This document shows positions 1 to 11,805 of a stretch of DNA of 40,087 nucleotides, piece by piece. Every line of letters starts with the position of its first letter. Positions within the stretch are counted from its first letter, which is position 1. Below the pieces are notes generated by a model that searched no databases, was not told the DNA's origin, and saw only the letters and a list, made by a program, of their open reading frames with translations. The DNA lies in the NCBI GenBank assembly GCA_000388065.2, contig KB932204.1. The stretch is one strand, 5' to 3'. The stretch is from Fonticula alba ATCC 38817 (lineage: Eukaryota; Protista; Nucleariida). The position numbers and the translations under genes are program-made.

Positions 1-7
1 ACCATGA

Positions 8-39
<32 letters not shown>

Positions 40-40
<1 letters not shown>

Positions 41-795
41 CCGCCAACGCCATGCTCGCCCAGCGCATTTCCAGCGTCAACGCCCTGTCGGCCCTTTGCG
101 AGGCCACCGGGGCCGACGTCGACGAGGTGGCCTTCGCCGTCGGGACCGACACCCGCATCGGGGCCAAGTTCCTCAAGGCCTCGGTCGGCTTCGGGGGGTC
201 CTGCTTCCAGAAGGACATCCTCAACCTGGTGTACCTGTGCGAGTCGCTGCACCTGCCGGAGGTGGCCAACTACTGGCGCCAGGTGATCATCATGAATGAC
301 TATCAGAAGCGGCGCTTCGTCGGGCGCCTGCTGCAGTCGCTCTTCAACACGGTGTCCGGCAAGCGCATCGCCGTCTTCGGGTTCGCCTTCAAGAAGGACA
401 CCGGCGACACCCGCGAGACCCCGGCCATCGATGTGTGCAGCGCCCTGCTGCACGAGGGCGCCGAGGTGGCCGTCTACGACCCGAAGGTCAGCACCAAGCA
501 GATGATCTACGACCTGACCCAGGCCGGGCACAGCAGCGAGAGCATCGCCGAGGGCTTCTCCGCCCATGAGGATGCCTACTCCGCCGCGGCCGGGGCCGAC
601 GCCGTGGTTATCATCACCGAGTGGGACGAGTTCACCCAGCTGGACTACAACCGCATCTATGCGTCCATGCGCAAGCCGGCGGTCCTCTTCGACGGCCGCC
701 TCGTCCTCAACCACGCCACCCTGCGCGACATCGGCTTCAAGGTCCTGGCCATCGGCAAGGTCGTCAGCACCGACGCCGAGAACCTGGTCTTCTGA
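40..795 (+). CDS. UGDH: UDP-glucose 6-dehydrogenase, C-terminal exon (central and C-terminal domains)
   Basis: The exon follows a (CA)n intron end with acceptor cag at 37-39. It translates [27 protein letters not shown]...[23 protein letters not shown] (catalytic Cys motif [10 protein letters not shown]) and [13 protein letters not shown], the eukaryotic UGDH signature. Stop TGA is at 793-795. The MTTHTHTH start in the ORF track is intronic repeat. Confidence 0.95.
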
Positions 796-802
796 GTGGC
801 CA

Positions 803-846
803 TGTGCGTGCGTGCGTGCGTGCGTGCGTGCGCGAGAGAGAGAGAG
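803..846. repeat. Compound microsatellite (GTGC)n-(GA)n just after the UGDH stop; representative of many (CA)n, (GA/TC)n and (GTGC)n tracts in introns and intergenic DNA
   Basis: Directly visible. Similar tracts occur at 9-38, 6436-6535, 13146-13215, 20165-20245, 36815-36910 and 37272-37330. Confidence 0.9.
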
Positions 847-1954
847 AGTGAGCGAGGCGAGTCAGAGAAGGAGGCTGCGGCTAGGGCTGCAGGGGGACCC
901 CGCCGGGCACGGAACCGAGAATCACAGTGCCACGCGTCAGGCCGAGAGAAGGGCGACAGTCTAGTAGAGGAGGCAAGGGCGGGGCATGGGCATGCCCACC
1001 CGTTCCTCTCTCTCTCTCTCTTTCGCCCCCCCCCCCTCTCCTGATGCGCTCCCCTGTGTGGTGTGTGGCCGGTGAATGGGCGGCGGCGAGGCGTCACCGG
1101 ATGTGGCCGATGTGTGCACTGTGTGGTGGGATGCATCGCTGGCTGTGCACTCCCCTGCCCGGCTACTTCGCGCATCTGCCCGCCTTTCCCCTTCCCACCC
1201 CCCGGCTGCACCTGCGCTCGTTCCCGCGCCGCCCCCTGCGTGTCTCGTGCGTGCGCCCACGCCTCCCTCCCCCCCTCCTTTTCGTTTGTATCTCGGTTTG
1301 CGCGTGTCCCAATCTTCGTGTGCGCTCATTTGGCACTTCCCCCCTCGCCGCGCGCCCCTCGCGCTCCCTCCGGCGCGTATCTCCCTTCGCCTCTCCACAT
1401 TTGCCGCGCGCCGTGCGCCCTCCTCCTCGCGTCACTTTGTCTCCACCCCTCCGCCTCTCCATGTGTGTGTGTGTGTATGTGCATCTGTCTGTCTGTGGCC
1501 CCGGGTGCGTGCGTGCGTGTGTCCTCCTTGCTGCGTGCTGCGCATGGTCTTCGGATCGACTGCGTGTGCGCCCTCAAGGAGGGGCGCGCGCATGGCCCGG
1601 GGTTTTAAGACACCTTTGCCATGCACGCGCGCCATGGCGGCCAGCCTCTTGCAAAAAAAAAAAAGAACAAGAAAAAACAAGAGCTAAGGCTGCGCCACAG
1701 ATGAGAAGAGCGACCCGAGGGACAGACATGTGACGAGAGGCAGACCCCCCCCACCCCCGGGAGGGGGGAGCGCGGCGATGCCCATGTGTGAAAGAGCGTG
1801 TCGGCAAGAAGGTACCCGCATTTGGGCAGAGGGCGGAGGCCTCCTCTCCCCGTGAGTTGGGGAGAAGCGCCACGGACGTGCCCGCGCGCATGCGCGCAAT
1901 ACGAGANNNNNNNNNNCACCCGTTCCTCTCTCTCTCTCTCTTTCGCCCCCCACC

Positions 1955-2678
1955 ATGACTGCCTCCACCTCCACCTCGGCGCCCACTGCCGGCTCGGTCG
2001 CCGCGCCTCCCCTGCGCCTGACCATGACCTCGGCCTCCAGCGAGCCGCCCTGCTCCAAGCCGGTGAACATCTGCTGCATTGGCGCCGGCTACGTCGGCGG
2101 CCCCACCTGCGCCGTGATCGCCAAGATGTGCCCCCACGCCCGGGTGACTGTCGTTGACCTGAGCCAGGAGCGCATCGACGCCTGGAACTCCCCGAACCTG
2201 CCGATCTACGAGCCTGGCCTGCAGGAGGTTGTCGAGGGTGCGTACTCTCACGCGCGCGCATGCTGGCGCCCGGCCCTGGCCATGACGTCGCCCCCCCCCC
2301 CCCACCCCACCCCCGCCCCCCTCGCGTGCATTGCCCCTTCTTCGGGCCGATGACAGGCCACTCACTCCTCCCCGCCCCACCCCGCGCGCCCCGTGCATCA
2401 TGCCGACAGAGGCCCGCGGTCGCAATCTTTTCTACACCACCAATGTCGAGCAGGCCATCATCGACGCGGACCTGATCTTCGTGTCGGTCAACACCCCGAC
2501 CAAGACCGCCGGCCTGGGCGCCGGTGCCGCGGCCGACCTGCGCTTCATCGAGCGCGCTACCCGGACCATTGCCCGCGTGGCCACCAGCTCCAAGATTGTC
2601 ATTGAGAAGTCCACGGTCCCCTGCAAGACGGCCGAGAGCATGCGCCTCATCCTGGAGGCCAACGCTCGCCCGGGCATC
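1955..2678 (+). CDS. UGDH: UDP-glucose 6-dehydrogenase, N-terminal NAD-binding part (exons 1955-2237 and 2410-2678; runs into a gap)
   Basis: The translation contains the Rossmann motif [13 protein letters not shown] and [10 protein letters not shown] phase-1 intron (gtgcgt 2238 to cag 2409) restores [35 protein letters not shown]...IEKSTVP. This half lies downstream of the C-terminal exon, probably through misassembly. Confidence 0.93.
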
Positions 2679-3572
2679 NNNNNNNNNNNNNNNNNNNNNN
2701 NNNNNNNNNNNNNNNNNNNNNNNNNNNNNNNNNNNNNNNNNNNNNNNNNNNNNNNNNNNNNNNNNNNNNNNNNNNNNNNNNNNNNNNNNNNNNNNNNNNN
2801 NNNNNNNNNNNNNNNNNNNNNNNNNNNNNNNNNNNNNNNNCCCGCGCTCTCCCGCTTCGCCCGCCCTCGGCCGTGCGGGGGGCCCACTTCCGCCGGGGGG
2901 GGGGGGGGGGGGGGGGGCCGGGTCTGCGGTCCCATTTCCGGACTGCGCCGGAGGGCTAGCGCAGGGGGGACGCCATGTGGCGGCCGGCTAGAAAATATGC
3001 ATATCCCCCGCCCCCCCCCCGACGCACGTACACTGGCCGGCGGCGTGTGAGGCCGGGGGCGTGGGGCGGAGGAACGACGGGCAGCCGTGCGCGGCGCGGT
3101 CCGGGTGCAGGGAGCCCGTTTTGTGAGGGCCCACTCACCGCCCGCACGGGATGACTCTGGCGAAGAGTCATCCCCCGGGCTGGCCGCTGACGCCCTTGAC
3201 TCATCTCTCTGCACCCCTCCCCACCGCCCCAGCCCCCCCTCCGGGCGGGGTGCCGTTTCTTGTGCCAAGGGCAAGCCCGGGGGGGGGGGGGGGGCGACCA
3301 CTGGGGGCGTTTTTTCCCCTGCGGCTCCTGCCAGGCCGGCGGCCGCCCGGGGGAATGTGCTCGCGGGATGATGTTCAATGGGCATATTACAGGGCCCGTG
3401 TGGCTGCGTGCCGGGCGAGGGCGCCGAGAAACGCGGGGGCCGGGGCTGGCCCCGCGTGAGGGCGCCGGAAATTATCCGCCCCCGCTGGTGGTCGCAGTCT
3501 TGCGCGCGCGCGCACGTCCGCCGCCCCCTCGCATCCCTCCCGAGGGGCGCGGAGAACCGGGGNNNNNNNNNN

Positions 3573-4017
3573 TGTGTGTGTGTGTGTATGTGCATCTGTC
3601 TGTCTGTGGCCCCGGGTGCGTGCGTGCGTGTGTCCTCCTTGCTGCGTGCTGCGCATGGTCTTCGGATCGACTGCGTGTGCGCCCTCAAGGAGGGGCGCGC
3701 GCATGGCCCGGGGTTTTAAGACACCTTTGCCATGCACGCGCGCCATGGCGGCCAGCCTCTTGCAAAAAAAAAAAAGAACAAGAAAAAACAAGAGCTAAGG
3801 CTGCGCCACAGATGAGAAGAGCGACCCGAGGGACAGACATGTGACGAGAGGCAGACCCCCCCCACCCCCGGGAGGGGGGAGCGCGGCGATGCCCATGTGT
3901 GAAAGAGCGTGTCGGCAAGAAGGTACCCGCATTTGGGCAGAGGGCGGAGGCCTCCTCTCCCCGTGAGTTGGGGAGAAGCGCCACGGACGTGCCCGCGCGC
4001 ATGCGCGCAATACGAGA
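3573..4017 (+). repeat. 445-bp direct copy of 1462-1906, flanking 10-N gaps
   Basis: The copies align by eye at a constant offset of 2111, including the A12 run. The first copy ends at gap 1907-1916 and the second starts after gap 3563-3572. Confidence 0.9.
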
Positions 4018-5028
4018 GGCAAACATACACATCGGGTGCAGTAGGAGGACGAGTGGGGAAGAAGATGTGCCCGTGCGTGCGCGGTACACGCGCACACATC
4101 TCATGCACCCTTTACACACATCGTCTGCCGCATATCGACCCCGCAGCCACCCGGGGGAGGGGGGCAGAAGCACACGCACGCACGCGCCCCTCTCACACTC
4201 CCTTTCCTTCGGCATCGGAGAGGGGGGGATCTCCCCTCAGTTTGATCCCCTCCGCCGCCGCCGTCGCCGCCTCTCTTTCTCTCTTTCTCCCGCCACGCGT
4301 TGCCCCATTTCGCATCTCTCTCCCTCTCCCTCTCTCCCTCCCCTCCTCCCTGCTGCGCACACGCGCGAAGAGCCGGAGAAGCAAAGACATGCGCCAATAT
4401 GTTCTCCCTCGAAAATGAAAAAAAAAATATACATAAAATGCCTGCAAAGCACTGTGTGCGAGCCTGCGTGCTGTGCGGGGGGGGGTATAATGGTGCCTTG
4501 GGGGTGTGTAGGAATCACGGCCAGAGCCGGAGCGGGAGGCGCCGCGGACCCGCCACACACCCACCCCAAAAGCGCAAGGAAAGAGACCGGCAGGCAGGGC
4601 GCCGAAAGGCGACCCCGAGGGAGGGAGACCCGCACATGAGCCACCGGCGTTAGCCGCGCGCAGCTGCCGCTGGTTGGCCCCTCCGTCGGCACTTCGGAGG
4701 GGCCTCGTTATTATTTGAAATGTCTCTCCGGCCCGTGGTCTGGGACGCCCCCCCCGGGAGGGAGACCGACAACAAAAGCCACGTCCATCCTTTCCCGCCA
4801 GATCTAATTCGGGCAGTGTCATCCCCCCCCCCCCCCTCCTCCCCCCACCCGCACGCATACATCCCGATTTTCATCACTCGCCTCCTCGTCTCTCTCGCAT
4901 GCACTTCTCTGCTGCCCCACGCCCTGTCAATGGTGCGGCATGCCTGCCGGGCCACCCTGTCCCTGCCTGTGTGCTCTCCCCCCCCTGCCGCTCCCCTCCC
5001 GCCCCGCATGCTGCCGCTCCCCCTTACC

Positions 5029-6477
5029 ATGTCTTCCTCCTGTGCCTCCCCTGCCCAGCTTCCTGTTAGCGATCGGTACGAGGCCCCACGCCTCGGACCA
5101 CCGAGCCTGCCACTGCCACTCGGCCCAACGCCATCGACTCCTCGCAAGCGCGCCCTCCATTCGGAGGCTGACAGCCCCTCGGTGGCAGCCTCGTCGCTGT
5201 CCCCCAGCAGGGAGCGCAAGCGCCCCCGGCCAGCCGGGACCCCTTCGCGGTCGTGGCAGCTGGCCGATCCTCTGTCGCTGCCGTCATCGCCGTTGTCACC
5301 GTCGCCGCCGCCGCCGTCGCCGCCGCCGCCGTCGCCACCGCCACCGCTGCAGCAGCGACAGCAGGCACAGGCGGCCGGCCGGCAGTTGGCCGCGCCCTCG
5401 CCAAGGCGCCGCGGGTCCTGGTCTTCCGAGTCGGAGGACAGCCTCGATGAGGATGCCTTTTTCGACGCGCGCGATGGGACCCGCGGCGGGCGCACGCCCC
5501 CCCGGGCTGCGGCCGCAGGCCCGGTGGACCTGGCCTCCTCGCTGCCGGCATGGCTGCGCTCGGCCCACTATGCGGATGTCCGTCGGGCCGATCGGTTCTT
5601 GGTGCCGGGGCGAGTGCGCTTCCCGGGGCCGACCGGCCGATCGCTGTATCCGGCCATTCCCTTTTGGCTTCCGGAGCCCTGTGTGTCGGCGGTTGTGGCC
5701 CGCATCCAAGCGCGGGCCGCCGGCGCGGGCTGCGTGCCTGCCGACGGCCCGGGGACCCCGCGCACGGCGGCAAGCGCCCCGGCGGCCGAGTGTCGCACCC
5801 CGCCGTCGGCCGTGCCGGACATCCGGTCACCGGGCTTCTCGGCCCCCCTGCACCCGGGCGACCAGCTGGTGATGACCGGTGCGCCGCGCGTGCTGCAATC
5901 CTATGCTTGACTCCATTTCTCTCTTTCTCTCTCTCTCGTCCCCTCCCATCACCCGGGTCCTGATCCTCTCCCCCTGCTCCTCCTCCGGCCATTCTCCGCC
6001 GACCCGCCATCTCCCCAGAGGATGAGGTCGCCGCCTGGACGGACCGGCGGTCGCGGCGCCGGGGCTTGCCCCGGGGGCCCGGGCTCCGGGGCTCGGAGCC
6101 CATGGCCACCGCTCCGGCCGAGGGGTACCCCTGGACGCCGAGCTCAAGGGCATCCGGCGCGCGCCGGCCCACCCTGTCACGCGCACCCTCCATGGATGCG
6201 CTGTCCTCGGCCGGCGAGGGGCAATTGCTGGTGGCGGTGGACCGGTCGATTTCACAGTGGCTTGATCGGGAGCCCGAGCCGCCGGTGGTGGCCTCCCCCG
6301 GGCGTCGGCAGGGGCCAGACACCCTGGGACAGGGCCCGACTCGGACTCCCATCCGGCCGGGCGACGCCAGGCCCGTCGGTGCCTCCGGGCAGGAAAGCCC
6401 CATTTGTGCGTGGCCATCGGCCTGGGTCTGGCCTCTCTCTCTCTTTATCTCTGTCTCTCTCTCCCTCTTTATCTCTG

Positions 6478-6508
<31 letters not shown>

Positions 6509-7230
6509 TTCTCTCTCTTTCTCTCCCTCTCTCCCTCGCGTTTGCATGTGACTAACCTGCTGGCATCGTCGGTGGGGCGTGGGAAATGCGCCTGACAGTC
6601 CGCGATCTGCCCCCGGAGGAGGTGTTCCCCGGGTCGAGGGCGCTGCTGCTGCAGGGGACGCCGCCCCCCTGGTGCCGGCCGTCGAAATCGGCCAATGACT
6701 CTGGCCCCGAGGCGCCATCCCCCTGGGGAGGGACCACCACCCCGGGGCCTGTGCCGACCATCGGCGGGGGGGCCTCCCTGGCCCTGTGTCCAGCGGAGGC
6801 GACCCCGGCCATGGCGGCCAGCCCGCCGCCGGATGAGGAGTACTTCGAGCGCCGGATGCAGGGGCTCCGGCCAAGTTGGTGGCAGCCAGCACCGGGCAAG
6901 CTGTCGGCCGGGGGTGGCCCCTCGTCGCTGCTCTTCCCGGCGGCCGAGGAGGATCCCGCCGAGGGGCCGGCCTCCGCGAGGGCGGCCCTCTTCCCCGGCC
7001 ATGTCTCGACCGTGGCCCCGGCCCCGGCCCCGGCTCCGGCTGCGGCCGGCGATGTGGTGACTCCCCTCCCTGGCGAGCGGTCCCGGGCCACCGGGGCCGC
7101 CACATCGCGCTGGACCGGCGGGGGCGAGGTAGCCGAGCCGGCGGCGCCCGGCAGCCGGACAGCCCCCCGCCGCCGAGGGGCCACCCCCTGGAGCCGGCCC
7201 TCCTGGGAGTGCTCACCGAGCCTTAACTGA
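5029..7230 (+). CDS. Hypothetical low-complexity Pro/Ser/Arg-rich protein with FFAT-like motif (about 622 aa; exons 5029-5878, 6019-6405, 6599-7230)
   Basis: Two introns (gtgcgc 5879 to cag 6018; gtgcgt 6406 to cag 6598 with branch site gactaac near 6550) join three long ORFs in matching phase, 1869 nt in total. The start codon is uncertain (5029 chosen, 5008 is an alternative). No known domain was recognised. Confidence 0.65.
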
Positions 7231-7624
7231 TCCGAGCGGGCCAATAGCAACCGCGTGTGTGTGATGTGAACACGTGCATCGCGTTCTGATGCGGTATGGA
7301 CCCGGCCGCCGGTGCTCCTGTCGCGGGTGTGTGCCGGCCCCGCCCTGCCGGGGGAGGGAGGGGGGGGGGGAGCAGGCTTTTCTCGGTCGGGCGGGGCGCA
7401 GGGGCCAGGTCACCCTTGACTTGGCCGGCGTTGGTGTTTTGGGCGGGAAGGCTGGCGTTTGTCTCGGAGGGCGGTGTCTTTTTCCGGGACGCGTGGGCGG
7501 GGGGCCTCCCTCGCGTTTTTGCGCGCCCGGGAGCGGGCGGCCCTATCGCGCCTTTCCCCCGCCTGAAGCTCGCCATGAGAGGACGGGGGGGGGCGGCCAG
7601 GCGGCGAGGGCTGGTCCACCGCGG

Positions 7625-8482
7625 NNNNNNNNNNNNNNNNNNNNNNNNNNNNNNNNNNNNNNNNNNNNNNNNNNNNNNNNNNNNNNNNNNNNNNNNNNNN
7701 NNNNNNNNNNNNNNNNNNNNNNNNNNNNNNNNNNNNNNNNNNNNNNNNNNNNNNNNNNNNNNNNNNNNNNNNNNNNNNNNNNNNNNNNNNNNNNNNNNNN
7801 NNNNNNNNNNNNNNNNNNNNNNNNNNNNNNNNNNNNNNNNNNNNNNNNNNNNNNNNNNNNNNNNNNNNNNNNNNNNNNNNNNNNNNNNNNNNNNNNNNNN
7901 NNNNNNNNNNNNNNNNNNNNNNNNNNNNNNNNNNNNNNNNNNNNNNNNNNNNNNNNNNNNNNNNNNNNNNNNNNNNNNNNNNNNNNNNNNNNNNNNNNNN
8001 NNNNNNNNNNNNNNNNNNNNNNNNNNNNNNNNNNNNNNNNNNNNNNNNNNNNNNNNNNNNNNNNNNNNNNNNNNNNNNNNNNNNNNNNNNNNNNNNNNNN
8101 NNNNNNNNNNNNNNNNNNNNNNNNNNNNNNNNNNNNNNNNNNNNNNNNNNNNNNNNNNNNNNNNNNNNNNNNNNNNNNNNNNNNNNNNNNNNNNNNNNNN
8201 NNNNNNNNNNNNNNNNNNNNNNNNNNNNNNNNNNNNNNNNNNNNNNNNNNNNNNNNNNNNNNNNNNNNNNNNNNNNNNNNNNNNNNNNNNNNNNNNNNNN
8301 NNNNNNNNNNNNNNNNNNNNNNNNNNNNNNNNNNNNNNNNNNNNNNNNNNNNNNNNNNNNNNNNNNNNNNNNNNNNNNNNNNNNNNNNNNNNNNNNNNNN
8401 NNNNNNNNNNNNNNNNNNNNNNNNNNNNNNNNNNNNNNNNNNNNNNNNNNNNNNNNNNNNNNNNNNNNNNNNNNNNNNNNNN
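7625..8482. other. Assembly gap (N run). Other gaps: 1907-1916, 2679-2840, 3563-3572, 14804-15528, 16091-16351, 26067-26495, 37538-37547, 38733-39488
   Basis: N runs are directly visible. Many abut G/C homopolymers or microsatellites. Confidence 0.99.
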
Positions 8483-11400
8483 CACCCCGCCCGGCGCCCC
8501 CCGCCCGGCGCCCCCCCCCCCGCCCCATCGCGCCTGGCCTGGAGATCGCCCAACTGCCGCCCCAGGTGCCCCAGAGAGCCCCCCTCCCCGCGGAGCGTTC
8601 GGCAGGGGCGGCACACCGCCGATGGCTGCTAGCCCGGCCAAGAGGGCGCAACAACATGCGGGGCGGGGGGCCTGGGGGGAGCCTCTCTCTGTGGCCGGCT
8701 CGGCGCGCGGCCCGCGCCCCGAAGCCGAGGCCAAGGCAAGCCGGGGGCGAGGGCGCACGGGCCGAGAGCGCTCGGCTCCCTTTGACAGGCAGCCGAGGCA
8801 CCCCTTGGCCAGTGTTCGGCCCGGGGTGCCGGCGGCCCCTTTTCGGGGGTGGTTGCCCCCCTCCTCCCCTTGGGCTAGGGGCTGCGAGCGAAGGATGGCG
8901 CGGATGGCCGGGGCGTGCGGGGAAGGGGGGAGGACGCCCTGCGCGGCCGGGCCGGGCGCCGACGCACCGGAAGCCGGCCCGGCGCGTCTCTGGCACATTC
9001 GCGCCGGCCCGCGGGGGGGGGGGGGGGCGGCGCGATCGGCTTCGCTGGAACTCATCTGGCCCACGGGTGGGAGGGAGGAACGAGGGCCGCCGGCTGAAAA
9101 GGGCCCGCGAGGGCGTCCGCGCGCGCGCGCGCGCGCGCCACCCCGAGGCGCACCCACCCCCCGCCTCCCCAGACGGGGGTATGCCCGGGGCCGCGTGCTT
9201 CGGGCAGCCCCCGCCCGGCACCGGTTCTGCGGAATCGCCCCGCCAGGGTGGCCGGGTGTAGGGGCCCCCCCCCTCCCCCCCGTCCCTGCCCCCGGTTCCG
9301 CGCACGCGCCCGTGCGCGGGCCGGGCACACCAGGGCGGGGACCCTCGCCGGGTGGCGAATCGCGCCAGGAAGTGTCAACAGCCGGGGCCGATTGTCAGCT
9401 CTGGCACGCGAAGCCGGCGGGCGGCCCCATGCCACGAGGCGGGGCGGCTACTGAAGCCGGCGCCCCGGCTGCGCGGCCTTCAGTGGAAGAAGAAGAAGAA
9501 GAAGAAGTGCACGCATACCTTCTCTGGCCAATAAAATAATCCGATTTCTTGCCCCCAGCGCCTCCAGCGCAGGGCCGGCGCCTTTCAGACGACCGGACCG
9601 GCGTTTCCCCGCGCCCGTATGCGCGGGTTTCCGCGAACCCCCCCCCCCCCCTGCGCGCCGGGCCCGCCCGCATATCTCCGGCCGCATGCCGGGCCGGATG
9701 TTGTTCCCCCGGGGAGGAGGCTGGGGCCCGCGCCCGGTCCGCCGGCGGACCGGGCGCGGGCCCCAGCAAGCGGGGCCGCCTCCGGCCCGGGGCGCGGCCG
9801 TCCCAATCGTGGGTGAAAATGCCGTTCACGCGGGGTGCCGAATGGGGGCGCCCCGGCGACCCGTCCCCCGCCCCGAGACCCCGCGTGCGCGCGCGCACCA
9901 CCAGCGGAGGCGCCTGAGCGGCCGGGCAGCCGCCGCGACCTGTGCCCATCGTCTGCCGGCTTTCTCAGGCGCGCATTGTGAGCCAAAACCGTCGCTGCCT
10001 CAGGATGGTCTCATGGGCCATCGCGCGCGCATCCCCCCCCCCCCCGGGCACCAGTGGGGGCGGGGGGGAGGCCGGCCGCCGGCTGCCCATCTTTGCACGC
10101 CCATTCTGCCCATTCAGCCTTTTTTCCCCCCTGTTTCCTCCCCCTGCGGCCCCCCCCCCACCCCCCCCTGCCGCGCTCCGCTCCCATGGATCGGGGGAGC
10201 CGGGAGGCGGGCGGAGATCGCCGGGCGTCGGGGGATGGCCACCGCCCTGGCACCACAAGGCCAGGCTGCCCACGGCGCGAGAGCGGCACATTAATTCGTA
10301 AGCAAACGGCCGTTCCCTCGCGGCTGCCCTGCCCCGGGGCGGGTCTTCGTCCGGCGGAGACCCCCTCGCCCCTGCTGCTCGGCGTGCAGCCGACGGAAGG
10401 ACCGCGAAGCGAGAGAGACCCCCCCCCCCTCCCCCTCCCCAGGGGAAGGCGAGCAGCGGTCTCCCTCCCTTGGGTGGGGGCTCGCCAGGCGGGTCATTTT
10501 GGGCGTCGGCCCCCGCCAAGGCGCGCGGGCCCGCACCGGCGAGCCTGCCGCTGGGCCCGGGCCGTGCTGCGGGACAGCGCGCCCGCATAGGCGTCGTCCC
10601 CCGCCCCCGCCCCCCTCCCCCCCCAGAGCCCGTCCAGCGCCCCTGCTCTCGGGCCCGAAGAGCTGGCCCGCAACGTGCGCGCGTACTTATGCGCGCTTGC
10701 GCGTGCTCTGCTCCGGTGGACATGTTCGCCCACGCGCCCCACGGCTGGCCTTGAAGAAGGGCCTACGAGGGCGCGCCGGCGGGCGGCGGTGGTCGAGGCG
10801 GTTGCTCGGCCGGTGAGCGATCGCCCTCGGCCCCCGGATGCACAACGGGGCTCGGCCGTCCGGACCCCAACGTGTCCCCGGGCACATGGGGCAGCGTGAA
10901 ATGCGCCCCCCTTTGTTGTTCCTTCGGCCCGGCCTGCCCCCGCTCCCGGCGCCGTGACCCTTGCCACTGAGACGCCTCGCAAGGCGCCAACACGCCCGGG
11001 GGGGGGGGGGGGCGCTGCCGGAGCCCCGGGGAGAGATGCCCGCGCCATCTCCCGGGCGCGCGCGCGCGCGCGCTCGCGCATGCAGCGTGTGTGCGTGCGC
11101 CTGTGTGCTGCATATATCCCCGAGCGCAGACATCCACGCCGGCACGCCCGCCCGCGCCCATTTTGTCGGTCGGCTGCTGCTGCTGCGGCGCGGCGGCCGG
11201 ACGGGCCCCGGGGCTACCCCCGCCCGGCAGCGCGCGCTCTCCCCTCCTGCCCCGCGCACAGAGCCCATGCGCGCGCCGGCCCGCTTCAGCACCCGCCAGT
11301 GGCGGGAGCCGGTTCAGGCGCCGGGACGGTGACCCCCCCCCCAGTCCGGCGGGCCTTCGTCCGGGCAGGGGACCGCGCCCGAGGCGCGCGGGCATTTTTG

Positions 11401-11805
11401 TTGCCGCTCTGTGCGCCCCCAAGCCCCGACCCAGGCCAGAGACAACATTCCTCGTATCCCTCCTGTATCCTCCTCCCCTTCTTCCCCTTGCCCCCCCCCC
11501 TCCCTCGCTTCCTCCTTGCCCTTCTCTCTCTCTCTCCCCCCCTCTCTCAGCCGCCCACCCATCACCTACTCGTCTGCTGTTCCCCTGGTGTCCCCCTGTC
11601 CGCCGTAGCACTTTCCTCCCTGTGTACGTGTCCGTCCTCTCTCCCTTGTTGCCCAGTCCCCCTTCTCCACTCCACCTGCTGACGCGTCCCCCGCCCCGCC
11701 CCGCCCCGCCCCCCCCCCCCCCCCCCCCCCCCCGCCCCCCCCCCGTTTCTCTCGCCCCTCCTATTCCCCTCTTCGCCCCCCCCCCGCCCCCCGTCAGATA
11801 GAAAG

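Noticed and set aside
1-9. Window start accatgacc matches 2021-2029 in UGDH exon 1
   Set aside because: Only 9 nt are visible. It could be another chimeric join but cannot be distinguished from chance.
4-39. [13 protein letters not shown]-terminus of the 263-aa ORF
   Set aside because: This is a translated intronic (CA)n repeat. The cag acceptor at 37-39 and UGDH homology starting at 40 show it is not coding.
1462-4017. Direct repeats read as LTRs or transposon ends (also 37387-37698)
   Set aside because: The copies end exactly at 10-N gaps, lack TG...CA termini, target-site duplications and any transposase or RT sequence, and behave like unmerged contig overlaps.
7274-9539. Long ORFs spanning N gaps (also 14623-15711 and 37755-39942)
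   Set aside because: They are open only because Ns translate as X, and the flanks have no recognisable protein features.
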